Below, piece after piece: positions 1-11,552 of a stretch of 64,000 bases of DNA (within the stretch, counting starts at the first letter, position 1; each line of letters begins with the position of its first letter). Both the position numbers and the translations under genes were made by a program. The notes beneath the pieces were generated by a model, which worked only from the letters and a program-made list of their open reading frames with translations, had not been told where the DNA came from and searched no databases. Origin of the DNA: Prasinococcaceae sp. CCMP 1430 (taxonomy: Eukaryota; Plantae; Prasinodermophyta); contig RQSC01000006.1 in the NCBI GenBank assembly GCA_013416795.1, positions 94,313-158,312 on the forward strand, written 5' to 3'.

Positions 1-2374
1 GGGCGGCAAGGCCGGGGGCGGGCGCGCGCCTCGCTCGGGGCACGCGGGCGCCGTGGGGAGGAAGGGGAGCGCCGGGGCGAGGGCGGGCGCCTCGCCTGAC
101 AGTCCGCAGGAGAAGAGCAAGAAGCGCAAGAAGGGAGCGGCCGCCGGCACTAGCAGGGGACGGCGCGGCGAGGGCGACACAGGCAAGCGCGCGCGCAGGT
201 TTGGCCCCAAGTCGCAGCAGCACAACCGCATCGTCAAGGAGAGCTACAAGGTGCGATCAGCGCGAGCGAACGCCCCGCCATCGCGTTGACAGGGCGCGAG
301 CGCAGTGGCCACCAGCTGGCCGCTTGTCACACGCGCGCGCGTGCGCCAACTGTGCACTCCCAGTCGCTGTGGGGGCGCGCCGACACGCGCCGACCAACGC
401 CTGCGCGCGCCGCCGCGCGGGCCCTGCCGCTGCGGCCGCCACTGACGTCTCGCACGCGCCGAACAGATGGACGCCAGCGGCCATCCCATCATGCCCGACG
501 ACGGGTACTCGTGGCGGAAGTACGGCCAAAAGTACGTGAAGGAGTCGCCTCACCCGCGCACGTACTACAAGTGCACCCACAAAGGCTGCAACGTCCGAAA
601 GCAGGTGGAGGTCGATGCGATTGAGGGCACGGTGACGACGCAGTACGAGGGGACGCACACCCACGACCCGCCCACGGACCGCATCATCAAGCGGACGCCG
701 CTGCCGCTGGCGGAAGGCATTATTGCTGCGCCGCCGGCCATGAGAGACTCAGCAGCGCAGGCGGTCCCGACCGTGCGCGACGCCTCTGCGACGGCCGCTG
801 CAGGCGAGAGGCGGCAGCGGCGGGCGGCGGGCGGCGGGGCACGCAACCCGCGGGGCGCGGGCCTCCAGCACGCCGCCCAGCCCGAGACGCGCAACGGATG
901 GACGCAGACCATGGAAAGCCTCGACGGCGGCAGCAGGGTGGTGGTACGGAGGGCGTCCAGCATCTTGCCTTCCACACTCGCGGGCGCGGTGCGCGGGGGC
1001 GCGACGGGCGTGCCCATCGCGCCGCCAGATGCCAACACCGCGGCCGGGGCCACAAGAGCGGGGGCTGCCCGGTATCCAAGCGGCGGCGATTTGCGCAACG
1101 CGTCTCCATCGGTGAGCCCCCATTTCGTCTCATCGGTCGGCAGTCTGCAATACCACCTCCAGCAGCAGCAGACTCCGCAGCAGCAGCAGGAGCACATGCT
1201 GCAGCTGCAGCCCTCGCCGCTCTCAGCACTCGACACCTCGTGGGCGCGCACGACGGGCGGCGTGGTCTCCCCGTCGCCCGGTGCGAGGAGGCCCATCCCC
1301 CGCCGGATCAGCAGCGAGGGCGCGTCCAAGCAGGACGGGGAGCGCCCGCCCGCGCCCGCGAGCGCGCCTCCGACGCAGCCTCCCACGACGACGACAATGG
1401 TGGCCCGCCGCAAACCGTCGGTGCCGACCTCGCGGTCCCAGGGCCAGAGCTTCGCCGAGCGCGCGCGTGCGCGCCTGCCCGGTCTGCCTGTGCAGGTCGA
1501 CGTGAACTCGATGCCATCGGCGCACACCCACCCGTCGGCGATGGCCCAGATCATGAGCCCGGCCACCGAGGCGCTCATGATGGCGCAAATCTCGCCCGTT
1601 GGGGGGCTGGACAGGCTCGTGTTCTCTCCGCACTGGGGCAGCCAGCAGCAGCCCGCGTCCTACGGCGGTCAGCCGCCGCCGCTACCAGTGCCGCCGCGAG
1701 TGTCGCAGCTGCCGGTGTCGCAGCAGCATCCGCAGCATCCGCAGCAGCCACTACAGCCGCAGCAGCCACTGCTGCCGCAGCAGCCACTGGAGCCGCAGCA
1801 GCCACTGGAGCCGCAGCAGCCGCAGCAGCCGCAGCAGCCGCAGCCGCAGCAGCAGGCAAACCACCAGCAGCACCACCACCACCGCCAGTCTCAGTACCAA
1901 CAGCAGTACCACCACCATCCGACGACCCAGGAGGGCCACCATTTGGCCGGGACTCCGAGCATGGTCGCTGGCTTACACACGCCGTCCCTCTTCTACCAGC
2001 AGCAGGTCGCGGGCGCCCCAAGCATCGTTGACTCGCTCGGCCCGGGCGCGCTCGAGCTGCCGCCTCAGCAGTGGCACCCGAGCAAGGTGGCGGCAGTGAT
2101 GGCCCACGCGACGGGCGCGGGAGGCGGGGACGTCACAGAGGTGACCGTCGACCGCGTCCCCTCGTTCATGGCGACCATGGGCGTCTTCTCCGCTGCGCAC
2201 CAGCCCTCGCAGCAGCCGCCCGCAGGAGCGGACGCCACGCCGCCTACCTCAGGCAAGGACCTCACGGTGGGCCAGTGGGCGAAGGTTGTGAGCAACAGGA
2301 TGGGCCTCCAGCAGCTGCCTATGCAGGCACCGCCGCCGAGCGACACCGAGGGGCCTGCGGCGGCGCTGCTCTAG
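1..2374 (+). CDS. WRKY: WRKY transcription factor (5'-partial; intron 251-466), long Q/P-rich C-terminus
   Basis: [11 protein letters not shown] plus C-x4-C...HTH zinc finger; phase-0 GT..AG intron with ACTGAC branch site joins the upstream basic exon to the 467-2374 ORF. Confidence 0.93.
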
Positions 2375-2537
2375 CTCGCGCGCGCACACGCATCCTCAAT
2401 GCGCAAGTAAATGCACCGCGTTGCTCAGGCGCGCGCTCCCGCACCCCTACGCGCCGGACGCGTGGATGTGTGTGCGGATGTGTGCAGATATGTACGCGGG
2501 GCCGAAGCTTATGTCTCGCCCAGGCTCTGTTCAGCTG

Positions 2538-3388
2538 TCAGAGCTCTTCGCGCTCGTCCCCCGATCCGTCGCCCTCCGTCTCGTCGACCTCTGCCTGGCC
2601 TGCTTCGGGCTCGCGTTCGATGCTGAGTTCCACACCCTCCGGCCCGTCTGGCCCGAAATTGGGCAGCAGCGAGTCGTAGAGCTGTTTCGAGGCGGCGTTG
2701 GACAGCGTGAGCGCCACGCGCCGGAAGGCGAGCGCCTCGGGGCCGAGGACGAAGGCCTCAGCCGCCTCGTCGTGCTGGCGCGCGCGCGCGTCAGCCACGC
2801 CGGGCGGCGACGACGCACATACGCGCTCTCGCGCGCGCGGTCGCGCGCGCGCACACACACCTCATCGAGCCACGCGTCGAGTGCGGGGGACAAGCCCCCG
2901 AAGCCTGCCGCGGCCGCATCTGCGGCGAGCCCCGCCTCGTCCAGCATGCCGTGCCAGCGCTCCGCCTCGCCCGCGCGCTCCTCCTTGCCAGCCGCAGCGA
3001 TGTGCGCCTCCACAGAGGCCATGACGACGGCGAACATCTCTTCGGGCACCAGGGTGTCCACACGCTTCTCGCCGAGCTGCTCGCGCACCACCTTGAGGAT
3101 CGACGGCACGGCGTGCGGCATGAAGCCAGACTCGTACGGCTCACCCGCCTTGAGCGACGCGAGCATCGGCTGCAGGCTACCCTTGTCCTCCATATCGGCG
3201 AGAATGGGCCCGCCGGTCTGGCGCAGGAAAAGGGCGCCGTTGTCGGACGCGCCGGCTTGCGTGTCTTCGCCGAGGACGGCATCTGTGTGTGTGCGCGCGG
3301 TGTGCGCCGCGCGCTCCGGCGCAAGCGACGCGAGCGCGAGCGCGGCGGCCACAGCGACCAGCGCTGCGGCAGTGCTGCCCGATCCCAT
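2538..3388 (-). CDS. Uncharacterised secretory-pathway protein, N-terminal signal peptide, C-terminal REEL (intron 2775-2860)
   Basis: MGSGSTAAALVAVAAALALASLA hydrophobic start; splicing GAG|GTGTG...CCAG|CAC joins the frames; ends in an acidic tail with REEL*. Confidence 0.6.
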
Positions 3389-4140
3389 CGCCGCCGCCGT
3401 CGCCCCGCACGCGCGCGCGCGTATACGCGCTCGGTCGCGCGCGCGCGCGCGACCGACAGAGAGAGCGAGGGCTGAAGAGGTCCAGAGCGACTGCGAGAGC
3501 TCGAGCGCGAGAGAGAGCAGGCGAGCGCACCCCACACCCACGCCCAACCCCCCTCGCTCGCGCTCTGCCGCGGCCCTCCCGCGCACACACGCCGCGCCGC
3601 CGCCGATCACACCCGCCGGCCCGCTCTCATTCAAACCCTGATCACCAAACCTCAAACCACACGACTCTCTTTGGATTTTCTAGTACGTACTGTACTAGTC
3701 TACTGTAGTGCTTACTGTACAGTACGTACAATAGTCTAAATGCATTATCTATGAGCTCACATTTCCCCACGGGAAAGTTGGTCTCGGACGTGCGTTTTGA
3801 TGTGTGTGCGTGTGGATTTTGTGAGGTAGGTTCGTTTCGGAGAGATGAACGTTTTTCGGCGCTCGGGCGCGAGACCGGGCGTTGCTGTAACCTTAACCTC
3901 CGGCGGCGGCGGCGGGAAGGCGTGCGAAGGTGATGAAACGCGTGCGTGCCGGCACACGCCACACGGCGCGGGCTCGAGGGTTGCGGGAACGAGGGAGGGA
4001 GGGAGGAAGGGAGGTTCGGCGCCTGCGCGCTGGCTCGATCGTTCGCCGCGCGCACGGCCGCCGCTGCCGCGCCCGTGAGCCCGCCGCGCGCCGCTGGATC
4101 GACGTCGCCGGCGGCGGCCGAGGCGGACGCGGACAGCACG

Positions 4141-6030
4141 ATGGACACGCGCATCCTCCGCCACCTGGTGCAATACCTGTGGCCCGAGGGCGATCCTGAG
4201 GCGCGCAAGCGCGTCGTGACGGCGTTCTCGCTCATGACGCTCTCCAAGGCGCTCAACATCACGGTGCCGTTTACCTTCAAGTACGCCATCGACGCGCTGA
4301 CGGCCGCGGAGGTCTCGAGCGCGGGGATGGCCGAGGCTGTTGCGACCGTGGCGGCGTCGGACCCCGCGACGCTCCTCGCCGCCCCGGCGTCGCTGCTGAT
4401 GGCCTACGGCGTGACGCGTGGCGCGGCGAGCGCGTGCAACGAGGCGCGCAACGCCATCTTCAACTCGGTGAGCCAGCGCGCCGTGCGGCGAGTTGCGGGC
4501 TCCGTGTTCGGCCACCTGCACTCGCTCGACCTGGACTATCACCTGGGGAAGCAAACGGGGGCGCTCTCGCGCAAGGTGGACCGCGGCCAGCGCGGCATCA
4601 GCTTCATCCTCAACGCCATGCTCTTCAACGTGCTCCCTACGACCATCGAGGTGAGCTTCGTGGCCGCGCTGCTGGGCTACAGGTGCGGCGCCGAGTTCGG
4701 GATGCTCACCGCGGGCACGCTGGCGGCGTACACGGCGTACACCATCGGCGTCACGCGCTGGCGCACCAAGTTTCGCAAGGACATGAACGCCGTGGAGCAG
4801 GCGGGCGGCGGCGTGATGGTCGATTCGCTGATCAATTACGAGACCGTCAAATACTTCGGCAACGAGCGCCACGAGGTGCAGCGACTCGACCACTACCTCA
4901 AGCGCTACGAGGACGCCCACCTCAAGACGCAGTGGTCGCTCTCGCTGCTCAACTTCGGGCAGCAGTTCATCTTCACGGGCGCGCTCACGGCCGCGATGCT
5001 CATGACGCTCAACGGCATCCAGGCGGGCACCATGACCATCGGCGACCTGGTGATGGTCAACGGCCTGCTCTTCCAGGTGTCGCTGCCGCTGAACTTCCTG
5101 GGCACGGTGTACCGCGAGCTGCGCCAGTCGCTCATCGACATGAGCTCGCTCTTCCGCCTGCTGGACGAGCGGGCGGCCATCGTCGACCGCGAGGACGCCG
5201 CGCTGCTCGCCAACCCCAGCTCGGTCGGCATCCGACTGCGGGACGTGCACTTCAGCTACAAGGGCACCGGGGAGGATACCAGCGCGGACGCCTCGAGCGC
5301 CAACGTGCTCATGTCGCGCAATGTGCTGAACGGCCTCAGCCTCGACGTGCCGGCGGGCACGTCGCTCGCGCTGGTGGGCCCCTCGGGATGCGGCAAGTCC
5401 ACCGTGCTACGGCTGCTGTACCGCTTCTACGACCCGAGCGCGGGGGTCGTGGAATTCAACGGACAGGACCTGCGCGACGTGCAAATTGAAAGCGCGCGCG
5501 CGGCCGTTGGCGTGGTGCCGCAGGACCTGGTGCTCTTCAACGACACGCTGGACTACAACGTGCGCTACGGCCGCCTTGACGCCAGCGACGCGGAGGTGGA
5601 CGCGGCGGTGGAGCGCGCGCAGCTCGTGCGCGTGGCGGACGCGCTGCCCACTGGCATGCAGACCAAGGTGGGCGAGCGCGGCCTCAAGCTGAGCGGCGGC
5701 GAGAAGCAGCGCGTATCGCTGGCGCGCGCGCTGCTCAAGGATCCCGCGGTCCTGCTGGCGGACGAGGCGACCTCCGCCCTGGATCCCGCCACCGAGGCTG
5801 CGGTGATGGAGGGCTTGCTGGCGCCTGGGCGCACCGCACTACTCGTCGCGCACAGGCTCACCACCGCCGCGCGGTGCGACAGGATCGCCGTGATGCGCGA
5901 GGGGCGCGTCGTGGAGCAGGGCTCGCACAACGAGCTCCTCGAGAAGGGCGGGTGGTACGCGCAGATGTGGCACCAGCAGCAGACCCAATCCATCATCGAC
6001 GACATTCCCGTCGCCCCGGCGGCCGCGTGA
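4141..6030 (+). CDS. ATM1: Mitochondrial ABCB half-transporter ATM1/ABCB7 (Fe-S precursor export); true start may lie upstream
   Basis: TMD with DSLINYETVKYF and PLNFLGTVYRE; Walker A GPSGCGKS; signature LSGGEKQR; DEATSALD; 4141 is the first in-frame ATG. Confidence 0.93.
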   Translation: MDTRILRHLVQYLWPEGDPEARKRVVTAFSLMTLSKALNITVPFTFKYAIDALTAAEVSSAGMAEAVATVAASDPATLLAAPASLLMAYGVTRGAASACNEARNAIFNSVSQRAVRRVAGSVFGHLHSLDLDYHLGKQTGALSRKVDRGQRGISFILNAMLFNVLPTTIEVSFVAALLGYRCGAEFGMLTAGTLAAYTAYTIGVTRWRTKFRKDMNAVEQAGGGVMVDSLINYETVKYFGNERHEVQRLDHYLKRYEDAHLKTQWSLSLLNFGQQFIFTGALTAAMLMTLNGIQAGTMTIGDLVMVNGLLFQVSLPLNFLGTVYRELRQSLIDMSSLFRLLDERAAIVDREDAALLANPSSVGIRLRDVHFSYKGTGEDTSADASSANVLMSRNVLNGLSLDVPAGTSLALVGPSGCGKSTVLRLLYRFYDPSAGVVEFNGQDLRDVQIESARAAVGVVPQDLVLFNDTLDYNVRYGRLDASDAEVDAAVERAQLVRVADALPTGMQTKVGERGLKLSGGEKQRVSLARALLKDPAVLLADEATSALDPATEAAVMEGLLAPGRTALLVAHRLTTAARCDRIAVMREGRVVEQGSHNELLEKGGWYAQMWHQQQTQSIIDDIPVAPAAA

Positions 6031-6169
6031 GCGCGCGCGTGCGCGCGGGCCCAATAATACCTCAATATTATACCGCCTGCGCCCGCGCGCGGTCCACGGC
6101 AGCGCCTCCGTGCGGGCGCGCACATGTGTTTATGTGTGTGTGTGTGTGTGGTGCTCGCGCGCCCCACGC

Positions 6170-7141
6170 TCACGTGAGCGACTTCACCTCCATGGGCGCC
6201 ACGCAGAAGCCCGCCTTTGCACACTCCGCCTTGAGCGCCTCCTCCTGGCCCGGCGCGCGGCAGAGCGCCACGGCCGCGCCGCCTGAGCCCGTGAACTTGG
6301 CGGCCGCACCCGCGCGTCTGCACGCGGCGATCATCTCGAGGTTGCGCGCGCCGAGCGCAGCGTCGCCGAAGAGGTCCCGCCGCAGGTCGAAGTTGCGGTC
6401 CATGGCGTCGGCGAGCGCTCCCACGTCGCCGGCCGCCAGCGCCGCCGCGCCCGCGACCGGCAGCGCGGCGATCTCACCCATCAGGCGCACGACCTCTGCC
6501 TCGCCAGCGTCGTACCGCTGCCGCACGCGCGCGTGCACGCGCCCGCTGTCGCTGGGATTGTCCGCCCATACCAGCCACAGCGGCGGCAGCAGCGCCGGGT
6601 CGAGCTCCCTGTAGTCGCCGTGGCCGCGGCGCGCCATCGCCTCGGGCTCGAAGTCCATGAGCACCAGGCCGCCATACGTCTGGATGACTCGATCCTGCAG
6701 GCCTGCGGTGATGCCCAGCTCACGCTCCACCGAGAGGATGAGCTCCGGCCGCTGCTCGCGCGGCAGGTCGGCGTCGGCCACGCCGAAGTACTCGAGCAGG
6801 CAGAGCAGCGCGGCGCCGACGATCGCCGACGAGCCGCTCAGCCCAGTCTGGCGCGGCACGTCGGTGTCGTACGAGAGCTCGAAGGCCGCGGACTGCACGT
6901 CGCGCGTCGTGGGCAGCCCGCGGGCGCGCACGACGTCCACAAAGCGCTTGACGGTCGCAAGGAGCAAGCGCACGCCGCCGTCATACCCGTTGCACGCGAC
7001 GGCGTCCGCCAGCGCCGCCGCCGAGGTGCGGCGCGTCGTCGGCGACGCCGACGTCTCCACGCACGTCGTGCGGGACGTCGCCCCGGGGAAGACGGTCGTC
7101 GCGGCGTCGTTCCAGCTGCCGCGCGCGTACGCGCTGTGCGA
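6170..7141 (-). CDS. GlcAK: Glucuronokinase-like GHMP kinase (first exon unresolved, N-terminal part anomalous)
   Basis: AYAR, GYDGGVRLL, PRQTGLSGSSA ATP-binding motif, GITAGLQDRVIQ, KFTGSGGA. Confidence 0.85.
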   Translation of the reverse strand, partial: SHSAYARGSWNDAATTVFPGATSRTTCVETSASPTTRRTSAAALADAVACNGYDGGVRLLLATVKRFVDVVRARGLPTTRDVQSAAFELSYDTDVPRQTGLSGSSAIVGAALLCLLEYFGVADADLPREQRPELILSVERELGITAGLQDRVIQTYGGLVLMDFEPEAMARRGHGDYRELDPALLPPLWLVWADNPSDSGRVHARVRQRYDAGEAEVVRLMGEIAALPVAGAAALAAGDVGALADAMDRNFDLRRDLFGDAALGARNLEMIAACRRAGAAAKFTGSGGAAVALCRAPGQEEALKAECAKAGFCVAPMEVKSLT

Positions 7142-8140
7142 CTGACGATCAAGGCCGATCGATCGCGGAGGGTGGGTGGGTGGGGGCGATGGGGGTGGGG
7201 CGCTCGCAGCGCGCACGGAGGCGGCGCGCAGGTGGCGCGGCGAGCTTGCGAGCTGCCGCCCTTCCTACCCGCACCCCACCATTGGTGTGACATACTCATT
7301 GGTTTGGTACAGTACCGGTCGTCCTCCTTCGACGGCCCAATGTAACGGCAGAGGCATCGTGTACACGCAGCAGGGGCACGCGCTCGCTCGCTCGCTCGCT
7401 CGCCCTCGCGCACGCGAGGGCGCGGCGGCAGCGGCCGCGCGCTTCACGTGACCGTGCGCGTGAAGCGGCGCAACCGGCCGCCACACATCCCGCTCGATGT
7501 CACACGAGGCGCCACACGTCCCCTCTCCCCCCCTCCCCCCCCCAGGTGCGACGCGGCATGTGCTGCAGCTACCGCACAAAGAACCGATATAAGGGTTAAT
7601 ATGGTAGGGTCTGAAATGTTCGCAGCGAACTGTGATAGTGCCAAAAGGCGGCCAGAGTGAGGGATGGCGAGGCACCGACAGCTTCAGGCAGCTCGAGGCG
7701 GGCCTGCTCGGCGGTGAGCAGCGTGTGCTCTCGCCGCCTCCGCATTTCTAGCTAGGTAGGTAGGTAGGACGAACACGTAGACGTAGACCACTCTGCCGCA
7801 CGCGCCGCGTGCCTGCAACGTTTTGAAGGGGGACGATACGCCACATATCTTAACGGTGGAGGTCCAACCGTCCAACTGTCTCCGCTACGGAGTGTGCAGT
7901 CCGAGAGTCAGGTCACGACGAGATCACACACGTGTGAACAATAAATCAGCTGCACCAACTCCTAACATTCGACACCGTGCGACTTTTATGAAGGTGTGCG
8001 GGCGGGGCCCGGGGCCGCGCGGTGCCGCCCGCTGCTGCCGGCCGCTGCCACAGCGCGCGACGCCGACGCGGACCGCGCGGCGGCGAGCTCACCTACGCTC
8101 CCGCGCGCTGGCCGTGTCCTCCGCGGCTCGACACGGAGGC

Positions 8141-9793
8141 ATGATGCTGCTTCTCATACTTGGCGCGCTGGCCCTGGGCGCGCCGGTTTCAGTATCAGGC
8201 GTGTGCTCCGCGCCAGGGGTGCTCTTCACGACCGTCGCGGGCGCCAACGGCGCCGTCACCAAGGGCACCGACCAGGACTTCACCTGCGCGGCGGCGACCA
8301 ACAATGGCAGCGACAGCTGCGTGACGGCCCTGCCCATCGAGACTCAGACGGGCCTTTTTTCCACGCAGTCGTCCTTCGTGGTTGACCAGTGCGGAATGGC
8401 AGCGCCGCACGTACATCCCGTTTCTCAAGAGATCCTCGCCGTCATCAAGGGCAGCGCGCTGCTTTGCACCCTCTCTAATCAGCTGCCCCCCCAGGTGACC
8501 TGCGCCGACCTCGGTCCAGGCGACTGGTCCTTCATTCCGCGGGCAACGATGCACTTCTTCATCAACACTGGCAATGAGACGCTTGTGACAGTTGGCTGGG
8601 CCGGCAGCGCCTACAGCCTAGGTGCGCGCGAGGGCGCCGTGCTCGGCACCATCGTCACGCAGGCCGGCGGCGAAATCAGCGCTGGCTCCAGTGGCCCCGC
8701 CGAGCCGCTCATTGCGCCCACGCTCGGCACATTCGGCGCGCCGGTCGGCGCGGACCCCAACGCCGTCCAAGGCTCGGTCGTCTTTGAGAAGTTCAGCCCC
8801 AGTGCTTGCGAGAAGCTCCTCGCCGAAGCCGCGGAAGTGCCGCGCGTCAACGGATCGTCGTCATCACTGCGCGCGCCCACCGTGACCCCGGGCGACGAGC
8901 TTCTCTCTGGAATAGTCGATCTTGGCATACTTCAATGTCCTGCCAAGTGCGGCGGCGGCGCAACCGTGCTGCGTTACAACCCGCTCGACCCTGCGTTCGC
9001 CAACCCCGGAGACATTACAGGCACCGTGAACACCACGCCGCCCTACAACGGCGGCTTCAGGCCCGATACGCCTACGGAGTCTCTCAGTATCGGCTCCAGC
9101 AAGGTCTTGGTACGTGCACTCGCGACTCGCAGCTAAGCCGCGCCGCTCGCCAATGTTTCGCGTGTCACAAGCCTCTGACACGTTTCACGGGCGGTCCTGC
9201 CCACCGCAACCCCTCTCACCGTCTCGCGACGACCATAGGACTGGGGTGCGTTTTACGGCGCGAGAGCAACAGTTGCTCGATACACCTACTCCTACTGCGG
9301 GGTTATGACGCCCCACATCCACGCACATAGCAACGAGTTCGGCGTCGTGCTCAGCGGCTCAGGCTATTTCATGATAAAGGATCCGGTGCTCGGCAACATA
9401 ACGGCCCACTACCTGACGCCAGGCGAAACGTTCCATGCTCAACGCGGCCTAATGCACTGGTTCGTGAACCCGAGTCCCGACACGCAGTGGGTGACGTATC
9501 AAATGTGGGACACGCAGGCTGTGACACTCCAGACCTTCACGCATTTCATCAAAGCGTTCAGTAGCATAGTACCGACTGCGAACGAGCTCGTCATCGGGAG
9601 CAACTACACCGAGCCGCCCGATGTGCCTGTCCAGCTCTTCGACATCTTCTCAATGCTGCCGACGCATTCACCGGACGGGTGTGGGGGCAACGAACCCTGC
9701 GCCACGTGCGGCACGGCGGAGGAGCTCGCGTTCCTGGACGCGATGGTCGAAGCCAGCGCCAGCGCCGCGAAAGCGAGCGACTCAGACTGCTAG
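8141..9793 (+). CDS. Secreted bicupin (oxalate decarboxylase/germin-like, two metal-binding cupin domains); intron 9110-9238
   Basis: Signal peptide MMLLLILGALALG; cupin motifs PHVHPVSQE...HFFIN and PHIHAHSNE...HWFVN; phase-0 GTACGT..CATAG intron joins the two ORFs. Confidence 0.8.
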
Positions 9794-10346
9794 CCACCTG
9801 CCTGGCATTGAGGGCGGCACTCAGCTGAGCATGCGGTATCGTGCCCACCTCGCAGAGAGCAAGATCGAGCAAGACCAACACTACGTTGTGTCAGCACGCG
9901 GTCTCTCGCTACGACGAGCACGCTCAACACGTCGCTGACCATCGTCGACAGGGAGCCGCGTCCAGTCACCACACCGTAGTCTCCACCGATGCACATTTAA
10001 CCTCCCAATGGCGCCCTTTGGGCACCTCATGAACGCCCTCGCACCGCGGCGTGCCTCTCAGAGACGCAAACCAGACGAGTGCGCGTGACGCCCTTCTTAC
10101 AAATACAATAGGTAGCTGGCGTACGGCACGGGCGTCGCGGGCCCTGCTGGTGATGCGGCCCCCGTCGCCGTTCTACTGCGCGCGCGTGTGTATGTGTGTG
10201 TGTGTGTGTGTGTCTGTGTGTGCGCGCGCGCGAGCGCGCGCGTCGCCTCACACGCGTGCTCTGGCAGCGCGAGCTGCTCGCACGCACGCCGGCCGGGAGC
10301 GCTCCTTCGTCAGGCCGGCCGCGATCATGAGCATCGCTGGCCGCTT

Positions 10347-10838
10347 CTACTTCTTGCCCCTCTTCTTCTTCTTCTTGCTGTCCTTCTTGTCGACCTTGTC
10401 CGCCTCCTCGGCGGGTGCGGCATCCGGCTCAGTGCCGGTGTCGCCGCCGTCCTTGGTCATCTCCTGCGCGGCGGGCGCCTCCTCGGACGCGTTGTCGGTC
10501 TTGTCGGTGCCGTCAACACCCGCCGCGGCGAGCGCGTGGTTTTGGAAGGCGGCGGTGAGGGGGCGCGCCTCCTCCTCGCCGCAGTAGCACGCGCAGTGGC
10601 ACCTGTCGTCCTTGGAGGACGCGAGTGGCCCCCCGCGCGCGTACGGCGAGTCCGCCGGCATGGTCCCGCAGCCCCACACCCACACGAAGAGCGGGTAGCG
10701 CACCAGGCGCGAGCGGCAGAAGTTGCCCTCGGAGCACGCGCAGCCGTTGCACACGATCTCGTCGACGGCCTCGCAGCCCGGCGTGGCGGGCATCGCGCGG
10801 TTCGCGACGGCTGCCGCGGTCGCGCCGGCGAGCACCAT
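10347..10838 (-). CDS. Small Cys-rich protein with acidic region and Lys-rich C-terminus
   Basis: ORF with clustered Cys (CNGCAC, CHCACYC) and terminal KKKKKRGKK; TGTAA poly(A) signal downstream at 10097-10101. Confidence 0.55.
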   Translation of the reverse strand: MVLAGATAAAVANRAMPATPGCEAVDEIVCNGCACSEGNFCRSRLVRYPLFVWVWGCGTMPADSPYARGGPLASSKDDRCHCACYCGEEEARPLTAAFQNHALAAAGVDGTDKTDNASEEAPAAQEMTKDGGDTGTEPDAAPAEEADKVDKKDSKKKKKRGKK

Positions 10839-11276
10839 GACGCGCGCACGCGTGCGCGCGCGCGCGCGGTGTGTGCGTTGTGTGTGTGTGTGTGCGCGCG
10901 CGCTCGTGCGCGCGTGCGTGACCGCGAGAGGGACTGCCGGCCGCTTCGCGGGATTGCGTGCGGGCTCGCGGCGCGCGCGCACGCTCTGCCTCTCCCCCCC
11001 CCACTCTCTCACTCTCTCACTCTCTCACTCTCTCGCGCGCTGCGGCGCCCGCAAACAGAGCCAGACGGAGCGTGCGCCCCTCACTCTTCCCTCCACAGCA
11101 CACACACGCGCACAGACACGCACACACGCACGCGTCCCGCCCTCGGCCGCCCCGCCCGCGGGATCCCGCCGACGCGACGCCTGCGCGCAGCGCGCGCGCG
11201 CGCGCGCAGATAAGGACACGCGCGTCGAAACCGACACGCGGATGTGATGAGGATGTGGATGTGGTTATGTCCGCTG

Positions 11277-11298
11277 ACACACGCACACGCACGCACAC

Positions 11299-11330
<32 letters not shown>

Positions 11331-11418
11331 GCGCACGCACACACACACGCACACACACACGCACACACACACAGACACACACACACACTCACGCATGCAC
11401 ACACACACACGTGTACAC

Positions 11419-11464
<46 letters not shown>

Positions 11465-11506
11465 GCACACACACACACACACGTGTACACACACACACAC
11501 ACGTGT

Positions 11507-11537
<31 letters not shown>

Positions 11538-11552
11538 CACACACACGCACAC
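11277..11552. repeat. Long imperfect (CA)n microsatellite
   Basis: About 270 bp of CA repeats interrupted by CG/TG. Confidence 0.97.

Noticed and set aside
3757-5250. Long antisense ORFs over ATM1, NFS1, BRF1 and others
   Set aside because: Shadow ORFs expected at very high GC3; no independent motifs
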